The notes beneath the pieces are model-generated. The model saw only the letters and a program-made list of their open reading frames with translations, was not told the DNA's origin and did no database searches. Shown here piece after piece: positions 54,878-64,000 of a stretch of 64,000 nt of DNA. The position numbers and the translations under genes were made by a program. This DNA is from Bacillota bacterium (GTDB lineage Bacteria > Bacillota > Clostridia > Oscillospirales > Acutalibacteraceae), in assembly GCA_023416955.1 (NCBI GenBank), contig JAEZGM010000038.1:18648-82647 (forward strand), read 5' to 3'. Within the stretch, counting starts at the first letter, position 1. Each line of letters begins with the position of its first letter.

Positions 54878-55924
54878 ATGTATCATGTTCAATTCCCGGG
54901 GCTTGGCATTAATGTAACAATCAGCCCTGATGCTTTTTCCATTGGCAGCATGTCGGTCAAGTGGTACGGCGTAATTATAGCCGCCGGATTTCTTCTTGCT
55001 TTTCTGTATGTCATGTCAAGCTGCAAAAAATTTAAAGTAGACGACGACAAGCTGCTTGACACGGTCATAGTGGGTATTATTGGCGGCATTATCGGTGCAA
55101 GAGCGTATTATGTGCTGTTTTACACCGGTGATCAGTACATCAAAAACCCGATCAGTGCGCTTTATATCTGGGAAGGCGGGCTGGGAATTTATGGCGGCAT
55201 TATCGGCGGCCTGATCTGCGGAGCGCTGGTGGCAAAATTCCGTAAAATCAGCGTTGCAGCAGTCCTTGATCTGGCTTCTCTCGGATTTTTAATCGGGCAA
55301 ACCATTGGTCGCTGGGGCAATTTTGTCAATCAGGAAGCCTTCGGCGTAGAGACTAATCTGCCATGGGGCATGACCAGTGAAGCCACTTCCAGAGTAGCAA
55401 GCGGACCTGTTCACCCGTGTTTTCTTTATGAGTCCCTCTGGTGCCTGCTGGGCTTTGTTTTGCTACATATTTTCAGCAGAAAATTCAGAAGATATGACGG
55501 ACAAGTGTTCCTTCTGTACCTCGTATGGTATGGTATCGGCCGCTTCTTCATTGAGGGTTTGAGAACGGACAGCCTGATTATGCCGATGCTTCCGATTCGT
55601 ATTTCTCAGTTTGTTGCTGCGCTCACAGTCGTGGCTTCGGTCGTTCTGCTGATCGTATTCCGCAACAGGACTGCACTTTCAGGCTGTGGTTCTAAAAAGA
55701 TCATGGTGCTCAACGATGTGGTGGACGAGATCCCGGAAGAACTGATTGACGACGGAAAGAGCACGATTTTTGACGAAACTGACGCTGACCAAACGAACGA
55801 GGAAAATGACGCGGATCAGGAAGAGAGCGACAATGTTGCTGAATCTGCCGCCGTAGAGCAGGAACAATCCGAGCAAACAGAGTCGGAACCTTCCAAAGAG
55901 AAAGATCAGCAATCTGGAGAATGA
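54878..55924 (+). CDS. lgt: Prolipoprotein diacylglyceryl transferase with acidic C-terminal extension
   Basis: Lgt motifs (WYGVIIA, GGLGIYGGIIGG, GRWGNF.NQEA.G). ATG 54878 follows GGTGGAGAA. Confidence 0.88.
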   Translation: MYHVQFPGLGINVTISPDAFSIGSMSVKWYGVIIAAGFLLAFLYVMSSCKKFKVDDDKLLDTVIVGIIGGIIGARAYYVLFYTGDQYIKNPISALYIWEGGLGIYGGIIGGLICGALVAKFRKISVAAVLDLASLGFLIGQTIGRWGNFVNQEAFGVETNLPWGMTSEATSRVASGPVHPCFLYESLWCLLGFVLLHIFSRKFRRYDGQVFLLYLVWYGIGRFFIEGLRTDSLIMPMLPIRISQFVAALTVVASVVLLIVFRNRTALSGCGSKKIMVLNDVVDEIPEELIDDGKSTIFDETDADQTNEENDADQEESDNVAESAAVEQEQSEQTESEPSKEKDQQSGE

Positions 55925-55927
55925 AAA

Positions 55928-56785
55928 ATGGCCAAACTGATTGATGGCAAAGCGGTTGCCACGCAAATAAGAGCCGAAATTGCTCTTGAAGTGAATAGTC
56001 TGTTCCAAAAGGGTATTACGCCCGGGCTCGCGGTTGTGATTGCCGGCGATGATCCCGCATCAAGAACTTATGTGAACAATAAAAAGAAAGCCTGCGCACA
56101 AGCGGGAATTTATTCGGAAGAGTACGCGCTTCCGGCTTCCGTTACACAGCAGGAACTGCTCGAACTTGTTGCGCAGCTGAACCACAAAAAGAAAATTCAC
56201 GGGATTTTGATACAGTCCCCGCTTCCGAAGGGCTTAGACGAAAAAGCCGTTGTGGAAGCGATTGACCCCCAAAAAGACGTGGACGCATTTCATCCTTCAA
56301 ACGTGGGCAGAATTATGATAGGCGACTATCATTTTCTGCCCTGTACTCCTGCGGGCGTGATTGAACTGCTGCGTCACGAGCAAATCGATATCAGTGGGAA
56401 ACACTGTGTTGTGCTGGGCCGCAGCAATATTGTCGGGAAGCCGATGGCGATGCTGCTGCTTCAGCAGGATGGTACGGTTACAATCTGTCACAGCAAAACA
56501 AAGAATTTGAAAGAAATATGCAGGAATGCCGATATTTTGATTGCCGCAGTTGGTAAACCGAACTTTGTAACAGCCGATATGGTAAAGGACGGTGCCGTTG
56601 TAATCGATGTCGGCATAAACCGAAATCAGGACGGTAAGCTGTGCGGCGACGTAGAGTTTACCTCTGTTGAAAAAGTTGCCGCCTGCATCACTCCGGTTCC
56701 CGGAGGGGTAGGGCCTATGACAATTGCAATGCTGCTGAAAAATACGGTTACGGCGGCAAAATTGCAAAACGGTGTATCAGGATAG
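55928..56785 (+). CDS. folD: Bifunctional methylene-THF dehydrogenase / methenyl-THF cyclohydrolase
   Basis: 285 aa with motifs [11 protein letters not shown] and [11 protein letters not shown]. Confidence 0.95.
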   Translation: MAKLIDGKAVATQIRAEIALEVNSLFQKGITPGLAVVIAGDDPASRTYVNNKKKACAQAGIYSEEYALPASVTQQELLELVAQLNHKKKIHGILIQSPLPKGLDEKAVVEAIDPQKDVDAFHPSNVGRIMIGDYHFLPCTPAGVIELLRHEQIDISGKHCVVLGRSNIVGKPMAMLLLQQDGTVTICHSKTKNLKEICRNADILIAAVGKPNFVTADMVKDGAVVIDVGINRNQDGKLCGDVEFTSVEKVAACITPVPGGVGPMTIAMLLKNTVTAAKLQNGVSG

Positions 56786-56824
56786 GCCATTCATTTTGCA
56801 GTACGCGGTCATTGAGGTCAATAA

Positions 56825-58681
56825 ATGGAAAACCTTTTAAATAAAATAGAATCTCCGAAAGATCTGCAAGCGCTTACTCCGGCGCAGCTGGAAGCGCTTT
56901 GCGGTGAAATAAGAAATTTAATTATAGAAACAGTATCCAATAACGGAGGACATCTTGCCTCCAATCTTGGCGTGGTGGAATTAACTGTTGCGCTGCATAA
57001 GGTTTTTTCTTCTGCGGACGATAAAATTGTATGGGATGTCGGCCATCAGTCATATACGCATAAAATATTGACAGGCAGACGCGATCAAATTTCCACGATC
57101 CGTACAAAAGACGGTCTTTCCGGTTACCCAAATCCGAGGGAAAGCAGTTACGATCCCTTTATTACAGGTCACAGCAGTACCTCTATTTCAGCGGCACTCG
57201 GACTCGCGAATGCAAAGCTGATTCAACACGAGCCGGGTCGAGTGGTTGCCGTCATTGGCGACGGTGCGCTGACCGGCGGTCTTGCTTACGAAGGACTGAA
57301 CAACGCGGGTCGTTTTCCAAAAAACTTTGTAGTCATTTTAAATGACAATAAAATGTCCATTTCCCGCAATGTGGGTTCGATGGCGCGTTATTTGGCGCAT
57401 ATCCGTACAAAACCCGGATATTTCCGGGTAAAGGGAAACCTTGAGAACTTTGTGGATCATATTCCTCTGGTTGGAACACCGATTCATCATTTTATTTCGA
57501 AATCAAAAGCCGCATTGAAGCAGGCAATGTATGACAATACAATCTTTGAAGATATGGGTTTTTACTATTACGGCCCATTCGATGGTCATAACTTGGAACA
57601 GCTTGTGGATGTGCTTGAAAATACAAAAAATATCGATCACCCGATTCTGCTGCATGTGCTCACACAAAAGGGCAAGGGCTATTCTTTTGCTGAACAGAAT
57701 CCGGGCGTGTTCCACGGCGTTTCCTGCTTCGATATTAAAACAGGGAAAAGCGAGGCTTCCGGCGAGAACTTTTCCAGTGTATTCGGAAGCTGCATTTGTT
57801 CGCTTGCCTCCGGCGACGACAAAATTTGCGCAATTACAGCCGCAATGCAGCTTGGCACCTGTTTAACCGGATTTGCGAAGCAGTATCCGGAGCGTTTTTT
57901 TGACACAGGCATCGCGGAAGAACACGCCGTTACTTTTGCCGGCGGACTTGCTGCCGGTGGTATGCTTCCAGTGTTTGCTGTCTATTCTTCCTTTTTGCAG
58001 CGCGGTTTTGACCAGATTATTCATGACGTTGCGCTGCAGCGCGTCAAGGTCGTTTTTGCAATCGACCGCGCTGGAATCGTAGGAGAAGACGGAGAAACGC
58101 ATCAAGGTATATTCGACACTGCTTTCCTTAACGCGATCCCTAATATATCTGTGTATGCTCCATCCTACTATGAGGAGCTCTATACTGCGTTTGATCAGGC
58201 ACTCTATCACTGCAAGGGTGCGGCGGCAGTTCGTTATCCGCGCGGAAAGCAGCTGTTCCGTCCTTATGACTTTCAAAGTTCCTGTAATGCTTATGGCCTT
58301 TACGGAGCGGAAAACGCGGATTTGGTTCTTGTTACTTACGGCAGGCTGTTTTCATTTGCATGCAAAGCCCTTTCTCTTCTGAAAGAAAAGGGAATTCAGG
58401 CTCGAATCGTAAAGCTTAATCGAATTAAGCCGATTGATAAAGTTGCGGTTTCGAATGTTTTGGGTGCAAAAAGCGTCTTTTTCTTTGAAGAAGCGATTGA
58501 ACAGGGCGGTGTTGGCGAGCATTATCATCATCTGCTTTGTGAAGCCGGGTTTATCGGGAAATATTTTTTACGCGGAATTCAAAATTTTGTACCCCATGCC
58601 ACTATGCTTCAGTCTCTGGAAGCGCTTGGTTTGGATGAGCAGGGCATGGCTGATTTTATCATATCGGAGTGCGGAAAGTGA
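56825..58681 (+). CDS. dxs: 1-deoxy-D-xylulose-5-phosphate synthase
   Basis: 618 aa with GGHL.SNLG.VEL and the TPP-binding motif GDGALTGG.A.EGLN. Confidence 0.95.
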   Translation: MENLLNKIESPKDLQALTPAQLEALCGEIRNLIIETVSNNGGHLASNLGVVELTVALHKVFSSADDKIVWDVGHQSYTHKILTGRRDQISTIRTKDGLSGYPNPRESSYDPFITGHSSTSISAALGLANAKLIQHEPGRVVAVIGDGALTGGLAYEGLNNAGRFPKNFVVILNDNKMSISRNVGSMARYLAHIRTKPGYFRVKGNLENFVDHIPLVGTPIHHFISKSKAALKQAMYDNTIFEDMGFYYYGPFDGHNLEQLVDVLENTKNIDHPILLHVLTQKGKGYSFAEQNPGVFHGVSCFDIKTGKSEASGENFSSVFGSCICSLASGDDKICAITAAMQLGTCLTGFAKQYPERFFDTGIAEEHAVTFAGGLAAGGMLPVFAVYSSFLQRGFDQIIHDVALQRVKVVFAIDRAGIVGEDGETHQGIFDTAFLNAIPNISVYAPSYYEELYTAFDQALYHCKGAAAVRYPRGKQLFRPYDFQSSCNAYGLYGAENADLVLVTYGRLFSFACKALSLLKEKGIQARIVKLNRIKPIDKVAVSNVLGAKSVFFFEEAIEQGGVGEHYHHLLCEAGFIGKYFLRGIQNFVPHATMLQSLEALGLDEQGMADFIISECGK

Positions 58682-59490
58682 CAGAAAAGAAAAGACTGGA
58701 TTGCCTGATTTTTGAGCGCGGGCTGGCGGAGAGCAGGGAAAAGGCCAAAGCGATTATCATGATGGGCAATGTTTATGTTGACAATCAAAAATCGGACAAA
58801 CCCGGAACGATGCTTTCTGAAAAAGCGAAAATCGAAGTCCGTGGGGAAGGGCTTCGCTATGTCAGCCGTGGGGGCTTGAAGCTGGAAAAAGCGATGTCGG
58901 TATTTCCGATTGAGTTGAATCAGAAAATTACGATGGATATCGGCGCTTCAACCGGCGGTTTCACCGACTGTATGCTGCAGAACGGCGCGAAAAAAGTCTA
59001 CTCCATCGATGTCGGATACGGTCAGCTTGCGTGGAAGCTGCGTACCGATGAGCGGGTCGTCAATTTGGAAAGGACGAATGTCCGCTATTTGACGAAGGAA
59101 CAGGTTCCCGATGAGATTGATTTTTTCAGCGTGGATGTTTCTTTTATTTCTCTTTGTCTGGTACTTCCGGTTGCACGGAATTTCATGGCTGAAAATGCAC
59201 AGGCTGTGTGTTTGATTAAACCTCAGTTTGAAGCGGGGCGCGGAAAAGTCGGAAAAAAAGGCGTTGTGCGCGACAAGGCGGTTCATGTTGAGGTCATTGA
59301 GAAAATTGTACATTTCGTCCTGGAAAACGGATTTTCCGTACTGGGTTTGACTTATTCCCCTGTAAAAGGTCCGGAGGGGAACATTGAGTACTTGATTTAC
59401 CTGCAGAAATCGGAAAATCCAGAAAGTACAGCGCTGGATATCGGTGCCTTGGTCGAGGAATCGCACAATCAGTTAAGTGGCGGTGAATAA
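58678..59490 (+). CDS. tlyA: TlyA-family rRNA 2'-O-methyltransferase
   Basis: S4 domain (RLD..I..RGL..SR.KA) plus an FtsJ-like methyltransferase (DIGASTGGFTD). The start is GTG 58678 or GTG 58669. Confidence 0.87.
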   Translation: MTEKKRLDCLIFERGLAESREKAKAIIMMGNVYVDNQKSDKPGTMLSEKAKIEVRGEGLRYVSRGGLKLEKAMSVFPIELNQKITMDIGASTGGFTDCMLQNGAKKVYSIDVGYGQLAWKLRTDERVVNLERTNVRYLTKEQVPDEIDFFSVDVSFISLCLVLPVARNFMAENAQAVCLIKPQFEAGRGKVGKKGVVRDKAVHVEVIEKIVHFVLENGFSVLGLTYSPVKGPEGNIEYLIYLQKSENPESTALDIGALVEESHNQLSGGE

Positions 59491-59491
59491 T

Positions 59492-60349
59492 TTGAAAATA
59501 GCGGTTATGCCTAATTTGAGCAAAACGAATGCGCAGTATCATACGGAACAGGTTATTGCAAAGCTGCATGAATTTGGTGCTCAGGTACTGATGCAATCTA
59601 CCTTACGGGAGTACTTCCCACAGAGAAATGTCGTTTTTTTTGAAGATTCCGGTTGTATGATACAGGATTGTGACCTTGTTATTGCAGTAGGAGGAGACGG
59701 CACCATTATTCACTGTGCGCGCCACGCCGCCGCAGAGGAAAAGCCAATTCTGGGAATTAATGTGGGTCGTCTCGGATTTGTTGCCGGTCTGGAAACGAAT
59801 GAGCTGGACATGCTTTGGAAGTTGGCGGAAGGCGACTACATCATTGAAAACAGAATGATGCTTGATGTGCGTTTTGAGCAGGAAGGGAAACCGGTTTTGT
59901 ACCAGGCATTGAATGATGCGGTGCTGATGCGCGGCGCGCTTTCCAATATCCTTGATTTTAAGGTGAACTTTAACGGAACCAATGTCGGAAACTACCGCGC
60001 GGATGGATTGATTGTCGCGACCCCGACCGGTTCTACCGCCTATTCCTTATCCGCCGGAGGACCGGTAGTCGAACCCAGCTTGAAGTGCCTGCTGCTTACT
60101 CCGATTTGCCCCCACTCATTAATGACAAGACCGGTTGTTTTTGATTCGGAAGCGCGGCTCAGCATTCAGGCTTCCAGCAGTTATGACAGTCAGATTTACC
60201 TGACCTTAGACGGCGATCACGTCATACAGATCAGCGATCATCAAAATATAGACATTTGCCGTTCCGATCAGACGGCAAGAATTATAAAATTAAAGCAGGA
60301 CAATTTTTATCAGATCGTGAACGACAAACTTGCCGAGGGGAGAAACTGA
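59492..60349 (+). CDS. nadK: NAD kinase
   Basis: GGDGT motif (VIAVGGDGTII) and ATPTGSTAYS.SAGGP. I prefer TTG 59492 (MKIAVMPN...); the track starts at GTG 59477. Confidence 0.9.
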   Translation: MKIAVMPNLSKTNAQYHTEQVIAKLHEFGAQVLMQSTLREYFPQRNVVFFEDSGCMIQDCDLVIAVGGDGTIIHCARHAAAEEKPILGINVGRLGFVAGLETNELDMLWKLAEGDYIIENRMMLDVRFEQEGKPVLYQALNDAVLMRGALSNILDFKVNFNGTNVGNYRADGLIVATPTGSTAYSLSAGGPVVEPSLKCLLLTPICPHSLMTRPVVFDSEARLSIQASSSYDSQIYLTLDGDHVIQISDHQNIDICRSDQTARIIKLKQDNFYQIVNDKLAEGRN

Positions 60350-60350
60350 A

Positions 60351-60800
60351 TTGAAAACACGACGACACGCAAAAATACTGGAACTGATCAGCGAATATCC
60401 CATTGACACGCAGGAAGAACTGCTGCGGCTGCTGAAGCAGGACGGCTTTGATGTGACACAGGCCACCGTATCAAGGGATATTAAGGAGCTCAGGCTGATT
60501 AAGACGCTGACCGGCGACGGGAAATACAAATATTCTGTTGGGAAGGATAATGCGAAAGATTATTCTTCAAAATTTCGATCGCTCCTTGTTGATTCCGCGG
60601 TTTCAATTGATTTCGCCTGTAATCTGGTGATATTAAAGTGCCTCACCGGCATGGCCAATGCTGTTTGTGCTTCGATGGACTCCATGCATTGGGAGGGGGT
60701 AGTCGGAACGCTGTCGGGAGACGACACGATCTTTGTGGCCTGCAGAACAGAAACGGACGCTGAGCGTCTGACTTCCGAATTGAAAAAAATGGTTGGGTGA
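60351..60800 (+). CDS. argR: Arginine repressor
   Basis: Winged helix (TQEELL..L...G..VTQATVSRDIKEL) plus a C-terminal oligomerisation domain (GTL.GDDTIF). TTG 60351 follows GGGGAGAAA. Confidence 0.88.
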   Translation: MKTRRHAKILELISEYPIDTQEELLRLLKQDGFDVTQATVSRDIKELRLIKTLTGDGKYKYSVGKDNAKDYSSKFRSLLVDSAVSIDFACNLVILKCLTGMANAVCASMDSMHWEGVVGTLSGDDTIFVACRTETDAERLTSELKKMVG

Positions 60801-60805
60801 TTTTT

Positions 60806-62488
60806 ATGCTTTCTCAACTGTATATTGAAAACATTGCTGTGATTGAAAAGGCTGTCATTGACTTTCATGATGGATTTAATGTCTTGACCGGTGAGACCGG
60901 TGCGGGAAAATCCATTTTGATTGATTCCATTCATGCTGTTTTAGGCGAACGTACCTCGCGCGAACTGGTGCGAACCGGTGCGCGGACTGCCTTTGTCAGC
61001 GCGGTCTTTACGAATCCGGAACCGGTTGCCTGTGAAAAGCTGGGAGCATTCGGCTTTGCTCCCGAGGAAGACGGTACGGTAATGATACAGAGAGAAATTA
61101 ACCCGGACGGAAAAGCTGCCTGCCGCATTAACGGCCGGCCTGCCGCTGTATCCATTTTGAGGGAAGTTGGCTCTTCCCTGATTAATATTCACGGTCAGCA
61201 CGAGAGTTATGATCTTCTTTCCCCGGATTTGCATATTCACTATATTGACCGGATGGGCCTGCCGCAAGGCATGCTTGAGCAGTACCGTGAAGCCTATGAC
61301 CATATGCGTCATATTCAGCAGAAGCTTTCCTCTTTTCAAATAGACGAGCAGCAAAAAGCCCGTCGAATCGACCTGCTTACATACCAGATAAACGAGCTCG
61401 AAGCGGCTGATTTTCATGAAGGGGAACAGGAGGAGCTGAACCGGCGGCGAACCATGTTCCTGAACAGTGAGAAAATCGCCGCGGCGCTCACTTCCGCAAA
61501 ATCCGCGCTTGACGGCGATGAGGAAACGGCGGGCGCGTTGTCCGCTCTTTCTTCCGCTTTCGCCGTGTTAAACGAAGCGGAGCGCTATATGCCGGAGTTA
61601 AGTGAGCTGGCGGGAAGAATCAAAAATATAGAATACGATCTGGAGGATTGCTCAGAGGAACTTCGCGCACTTTCTTCCGGTACCGAATATGACCCACAGG
61701 AGCTGGAAATACTGGAAGTACGGCTTGACCTGATTTACCGCTTGAGTTTAAAATACGGCGGAACTGTTGAACAGATGCTGGCGTTTCTGGAAAAATCCAA
61801 AGAAGAGCTGGAAGATATCCAGCTTTCCGATGAAAATATTGCCCGGCTTACAAAGGAATATGGGGCGGCGCAGCTACAGGCGCAGACGCTGGCAAATCAT
61901 ATTTCCGAATTGCGCGGTCAGACAGCAGGCGCTTTTACGGAAAAAGTGAAGCGGGAACTGCAATTTTTGGATATGCCCAATGTCGATTTTGAAGTACGTC
62001 GGGAATCGGTTGAACTGAACCCGCTGGGATGCGACAAAATGGAGTTCTATATTTCAACGAATCCCGGTGAACCGGCGAAGCCGATTGCTAAAATAGCGTC
62101 CGGCGGCGAGCTGTCGCGTATGATGCTTGCAATTAAGACGGTTTTGGCTGACAAAGATAATATTGACACGCTTATATTTGACGAGGTCGATACCGGAATC
62201 AGCGGAAGTGCCGCCCAAAAGGTCGGGCTGAAACTGAAAGAGGTTGCCGGAAACAGACAGGTCATCTGTGTAACGCACCTTGCCCAGATTGCCGCGTTGG
62301 GGGATACACAGTATTTAATTAAAAAGCATGTGCGGGAGAATAAAACATTTACCGATGTGACCGAGTTGGATTACGAGGGTAGAAAGCAGGAATTGGCGCG
62401 TATCATGGGCGGTGCGCAGATTACTCCGCTGATGCTGCAGAACGCGGCTGAAATGCTGGATATGGCGCATCACGATAATCACGCTTGA
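60806..62488 (+). CDS. recN: DNA repair protein RecN
   Basis: SMC-like protein with Walker A GETGAGKS, a coiled coil and a C-terminal signature/Walker B (SGGELSR, LIFDEVD). Confidence 0.93.
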   Translation: MLSQLYIENIAVIEKAVIDFHDGFNVLTGETGAGKSILIDSIHAVLGERTSRELVRTGARTAFVSAVFTNPEPVACEKLGAFGFAPEEDGTVMIQREINPDGKAACRINGRPAAVSILREVGSSLINIHGQHESYDLLSPDLHIHYIDRMGLPQGMLEQYREAYDHMRHIQQKLSSFQIDEQQKARRIDLLTYQINELEAADFHEGEQEELNRRRTMFLNSEKIAAALTSAKSALDGDEETAGALSALSSAFAVLNEAERYMPELSELAGRIKNIEYDLEDCSEELRALSSGTEYDPQELEILEVRLDLIYRLSLKYGGTVEQMLAFLEKSKEELEDIQLSDENIARLTKEYGAAQLQAQTLANHISELRGQTAGAFTEKVKRELQFLDMPNVDFEVRRESVELNPLGCDKMEFYISTNPGEPAKPIAKIASGGELSRMMLAIKTVLADKDNIDTLIFDEVDTGISGSAAQKVGLKLKEVAGNRQVICVTHLAQIAALGDTQYLIKKHVRENKTFTDVTELDYEGRKQELARIMGGAQITPLMLQNAAEMLDMAHHDNHA

Positions 62489-62513
62489 CAACATTACAAA
62501 AAATGATTATAAT
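62485..62513 (+). promoter_or_regulatory. Candidate sigma-A promoter of the tyrS T-box leader
   Basis: TTGACA (62485-62490, overlapping the recN stop), a 17-nt spacer, then TATAAT (62508-62513). Confidence 0.6.
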
Positions 62514-62519
62514 TCTTGT

Positions 62520-62774
62520 AATAGCTGTGAAGGGAAGAAGTAGACAGATTCAGCCGGTAAAGAGAGCCTGCGTTTGGTGTAAGCAGGAGCGGCGGTCGGT
62601 CGAAATACATCCCGGAGTTGCCCACTGAACGTTTTTCTATTAGGCGCGGCCGTGTGTGCACGTTATAGCACATGGGTATGTTTGTACCCGTGAGGCCGTA
62701 TCCGCGAGGGTGCGGTGAATGAGGTGGTACCGCGGATTTTCCGCCCTCTGCAAAAAATGCAGGGGGTGTTTTTT
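62520..62774 (+). promoter_or_regulatory. T-box riboswitch leader, tyrosine specifier
   Basis: AGAGAG (GA motif) and GAAGTAGAC (AGTA box) are present. The specifier loop reads GAAA-UAC-A (UAC at 62606-62608). The T-box sequence AATGAGGTGGTACCGCGG lies at 62718-62735. The terminator is CCCTCTGCA-aaaaa-TGCAGGGGG (62744-62766) followed by T6 at 62769-62774. Confidence 0.88.
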
Positions 62775-62803
62775 ATGCCCCCGAAAAACAGGAGGAAATT
62801 ATT

Positions 62804-64000
62804 ATGGGAGTGTACGAAGAACTCAGTTCCCGGGGCCTGATTGCCCAAATGACCGATGAGGAAAAGATTAAAGATCTTTTAAACAACCACAAAATCAAAT
62901 TCTACATCGGTTTTGACCCGACTGCCGACAGCCTGCATGTCGGCCATTTCCTGCAGATTATGGTCATGGCGCATATGCAGCGTGCGGGGCATGTGCCGAT
63001 TGCCTTATTTGGCGGCGGCACCGGCATGATCGGCGACCCTTCCGGAAAGAGCGACATGCGCAAAATGCTGACGCCCGAGGAGATCAACCACAATATTGCC
63101 TGCTTCCAAAAGCAAATGTCGAGCCTGATTGATTTTTCGGACGGAAAGGCCATTATGGCAAACAACGCGGATTGGCTGATGAATCTGAATTATGTTCAGT
63201 TCCTGCGCGATGTCGGCGTTCATTTTTCCGTAAACAGAATGTTGGCGGCTGAATGCTACAAGCAGCGGCTGGAACGCGGCCTGTCATTCTTTGAGCTGAA
63301 TTACATGATTATGCAAAGCTACGACTTCCTTGAACTGAACCACCGGTACGACTGCGTAATGGAATTGGGTGGCGATGACCAGTGGAGCAATATCATCGGC
63401 GGCGTGGAGCTTTTGCGCCGTAAGGATAGCAAGAACGCTTACGGCATGACATTCGCGCTGCTGACAAACAGCGATGGCAAAAAAATGGGCAAGACGGAAA
63501 AGGGAGCTGTTTGGCTTGACCCCGACAAAACCAGCCCGTTTGATTTCTACCAGTACTGGCGCAACACCGCCGATGCCGATGTGATTAAATGCTTGAAATT
63601 CCTGACTTTCCTGCCGATGGAGGAAATCAACGAGTTGGCGAAGCTGGAGGGCGGCGAACTGAACAAAGCAAAAGAAATCCTTGCTTTCGAAGTGACAAAA
63701 CTGATTCACGGCGAAGAAGAAGCAAAGAAAGCGCAGGAGGGCGCCAGAGCCCTGTTTGGGATCGGCGCAAGCACAGAACACATGCCTTCCAGTGAAATCA
63801 ATTCCGGTGATTTTACCGATGGGGAAATCGCCGTTCTGGATATTCTGGTGAAAACCAAGCTTGTCCCCTCAAAGGGCGAAGGCCGGCGCTTGATCGAGCA
63901 GGGCGGAATTACGATCAACGATGAAAAGGTCACTTCCGTTGCCGCCAAACTACCCTTGGCGGATTTTCAGAAAAAGGAAGTCATCATTAAAAAAGGAAAA
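62804..64000 (+). CDS. tyrS: Tyrosyl-tRNA synthetase (3' end beyond window)
   Basis: It is not in the ORF track because there is no stop in the window. AGGAGGAAA RBS. HIGH motif (LHVGHF), KMSKS-like KMGKT and a C-terminal S4 domain. 399 codons are read in frame to base 64000. Confidence 0.95.
   Translation, partial: MGVYEELSSRGLIAQMTDEEKIKDLLNNHKIKFYIGFDPTADSLHVGHFLQIMVMAHMQRAGHVPIALFGGGTGMIGDPSGKSDMRKMLTPEEINHNIACFQKQMSSLIDFSDGKAIMANNADWLMNLNYVQFLRDVGVHFSVNRMLAAECYKQRLERGLSFFELNYMIMQSYDFLELNHRYDCVMELGGDDQWSNIIGGVELLRRKDSKNAYGMTFALLTNSDGKKMGKTEKGAVWLDPDKTSPFDFYQYWRNTADADVIKCLKFLTFLPMEEINELAKLEGGELNKAKEILAFEVTKLIHGEEEAKKAQEGARALFGIGASTEHMPSSEINSGDFTDGEIAVLDILVKTKLVPSKGEGRRLIEQGGITINDEKVTSVAAKLPLADFQKKEVIIKKGK

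Noticed and set aside
1-64000. A window-wide search for a defence island, prophage, toxin-antitoxin pair, integrase or transposase, or tRNA/rRNA genes.
   Set aside because: Every ORF over about 150 aa has a housekeeping or sporulation assignment. I saw no tRNA-like cloverleaf or rRNA-like segment. The only accessory-looking block is the TrmB-MATE cassette.

Overview
This window looks like about 64 kb of mostly core chromosome from an endospore-forming Firmicute. It is probably Clostridia-like, judging from PolC, T-box regulation, spoVM, spoIIGA-sigE, sigG, dpaAB and a PASTA kinase. G+C is roughly 50% by hand counts of single lines. Coding density is high and most genes are on the + strand.

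Gene content, in order:
- priA (3' end), def, fmt, a YugP-like Zn peptidase, rsmB, rlmN, prpC, prkC, rsgA, thiN
- a 52-aa micro-ORF and spoVM (both absent from the ORF track)
- a low-GC TrmB-regulator plus MATE-efflux cassette
- spoIIGA-sigE; a UDG-family glycosylase and cca on the minus strand; sigG
- a GT39 glycosyltransferase, ppa, ylmC
- rpsB-tsf-pyrH-frr-uppS-cdsA-dxr-rseP-ispG-polC
- hisZGDCBAIE, an RluA-family pseudouridine synthase, pyrE-radC-uvrB-uvrA, murC, dpaA-dpaB
- a zinc-ribbon hypothetical, an EamA transporter, an M16 peptidase pair
- lgt, folD, dxs-tlyA-nadK-argR-recN, and a Tyr T-box leader with tyrS (runs off the 3' end)

I found no rRNA or tRNA genes, cas genes, transposase, integrase, phage genes, or recognisable defence or toxin-antitoxin modules. 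I do not see a convincing new protein-based system.

The unexplained signals are non-coding:
1. A 71-105 bp hairpin (MITE/REP-like) repeat family with three copies. Two of them, in inverted orientation, bracket the low-GC TrmB-MATE cassette.
2. A second hairpin repeat family with two copies, one inside the his operon.
3. A tandem about-125-bp unit with a 56-bp near-identical structured core, in a 680-bp gene-free region between the EamA and M16 genes.
4. rseP apparently starts at a non-canonical ATT codon.

All coordinates come from hand reading. Start codons are the least certain part.
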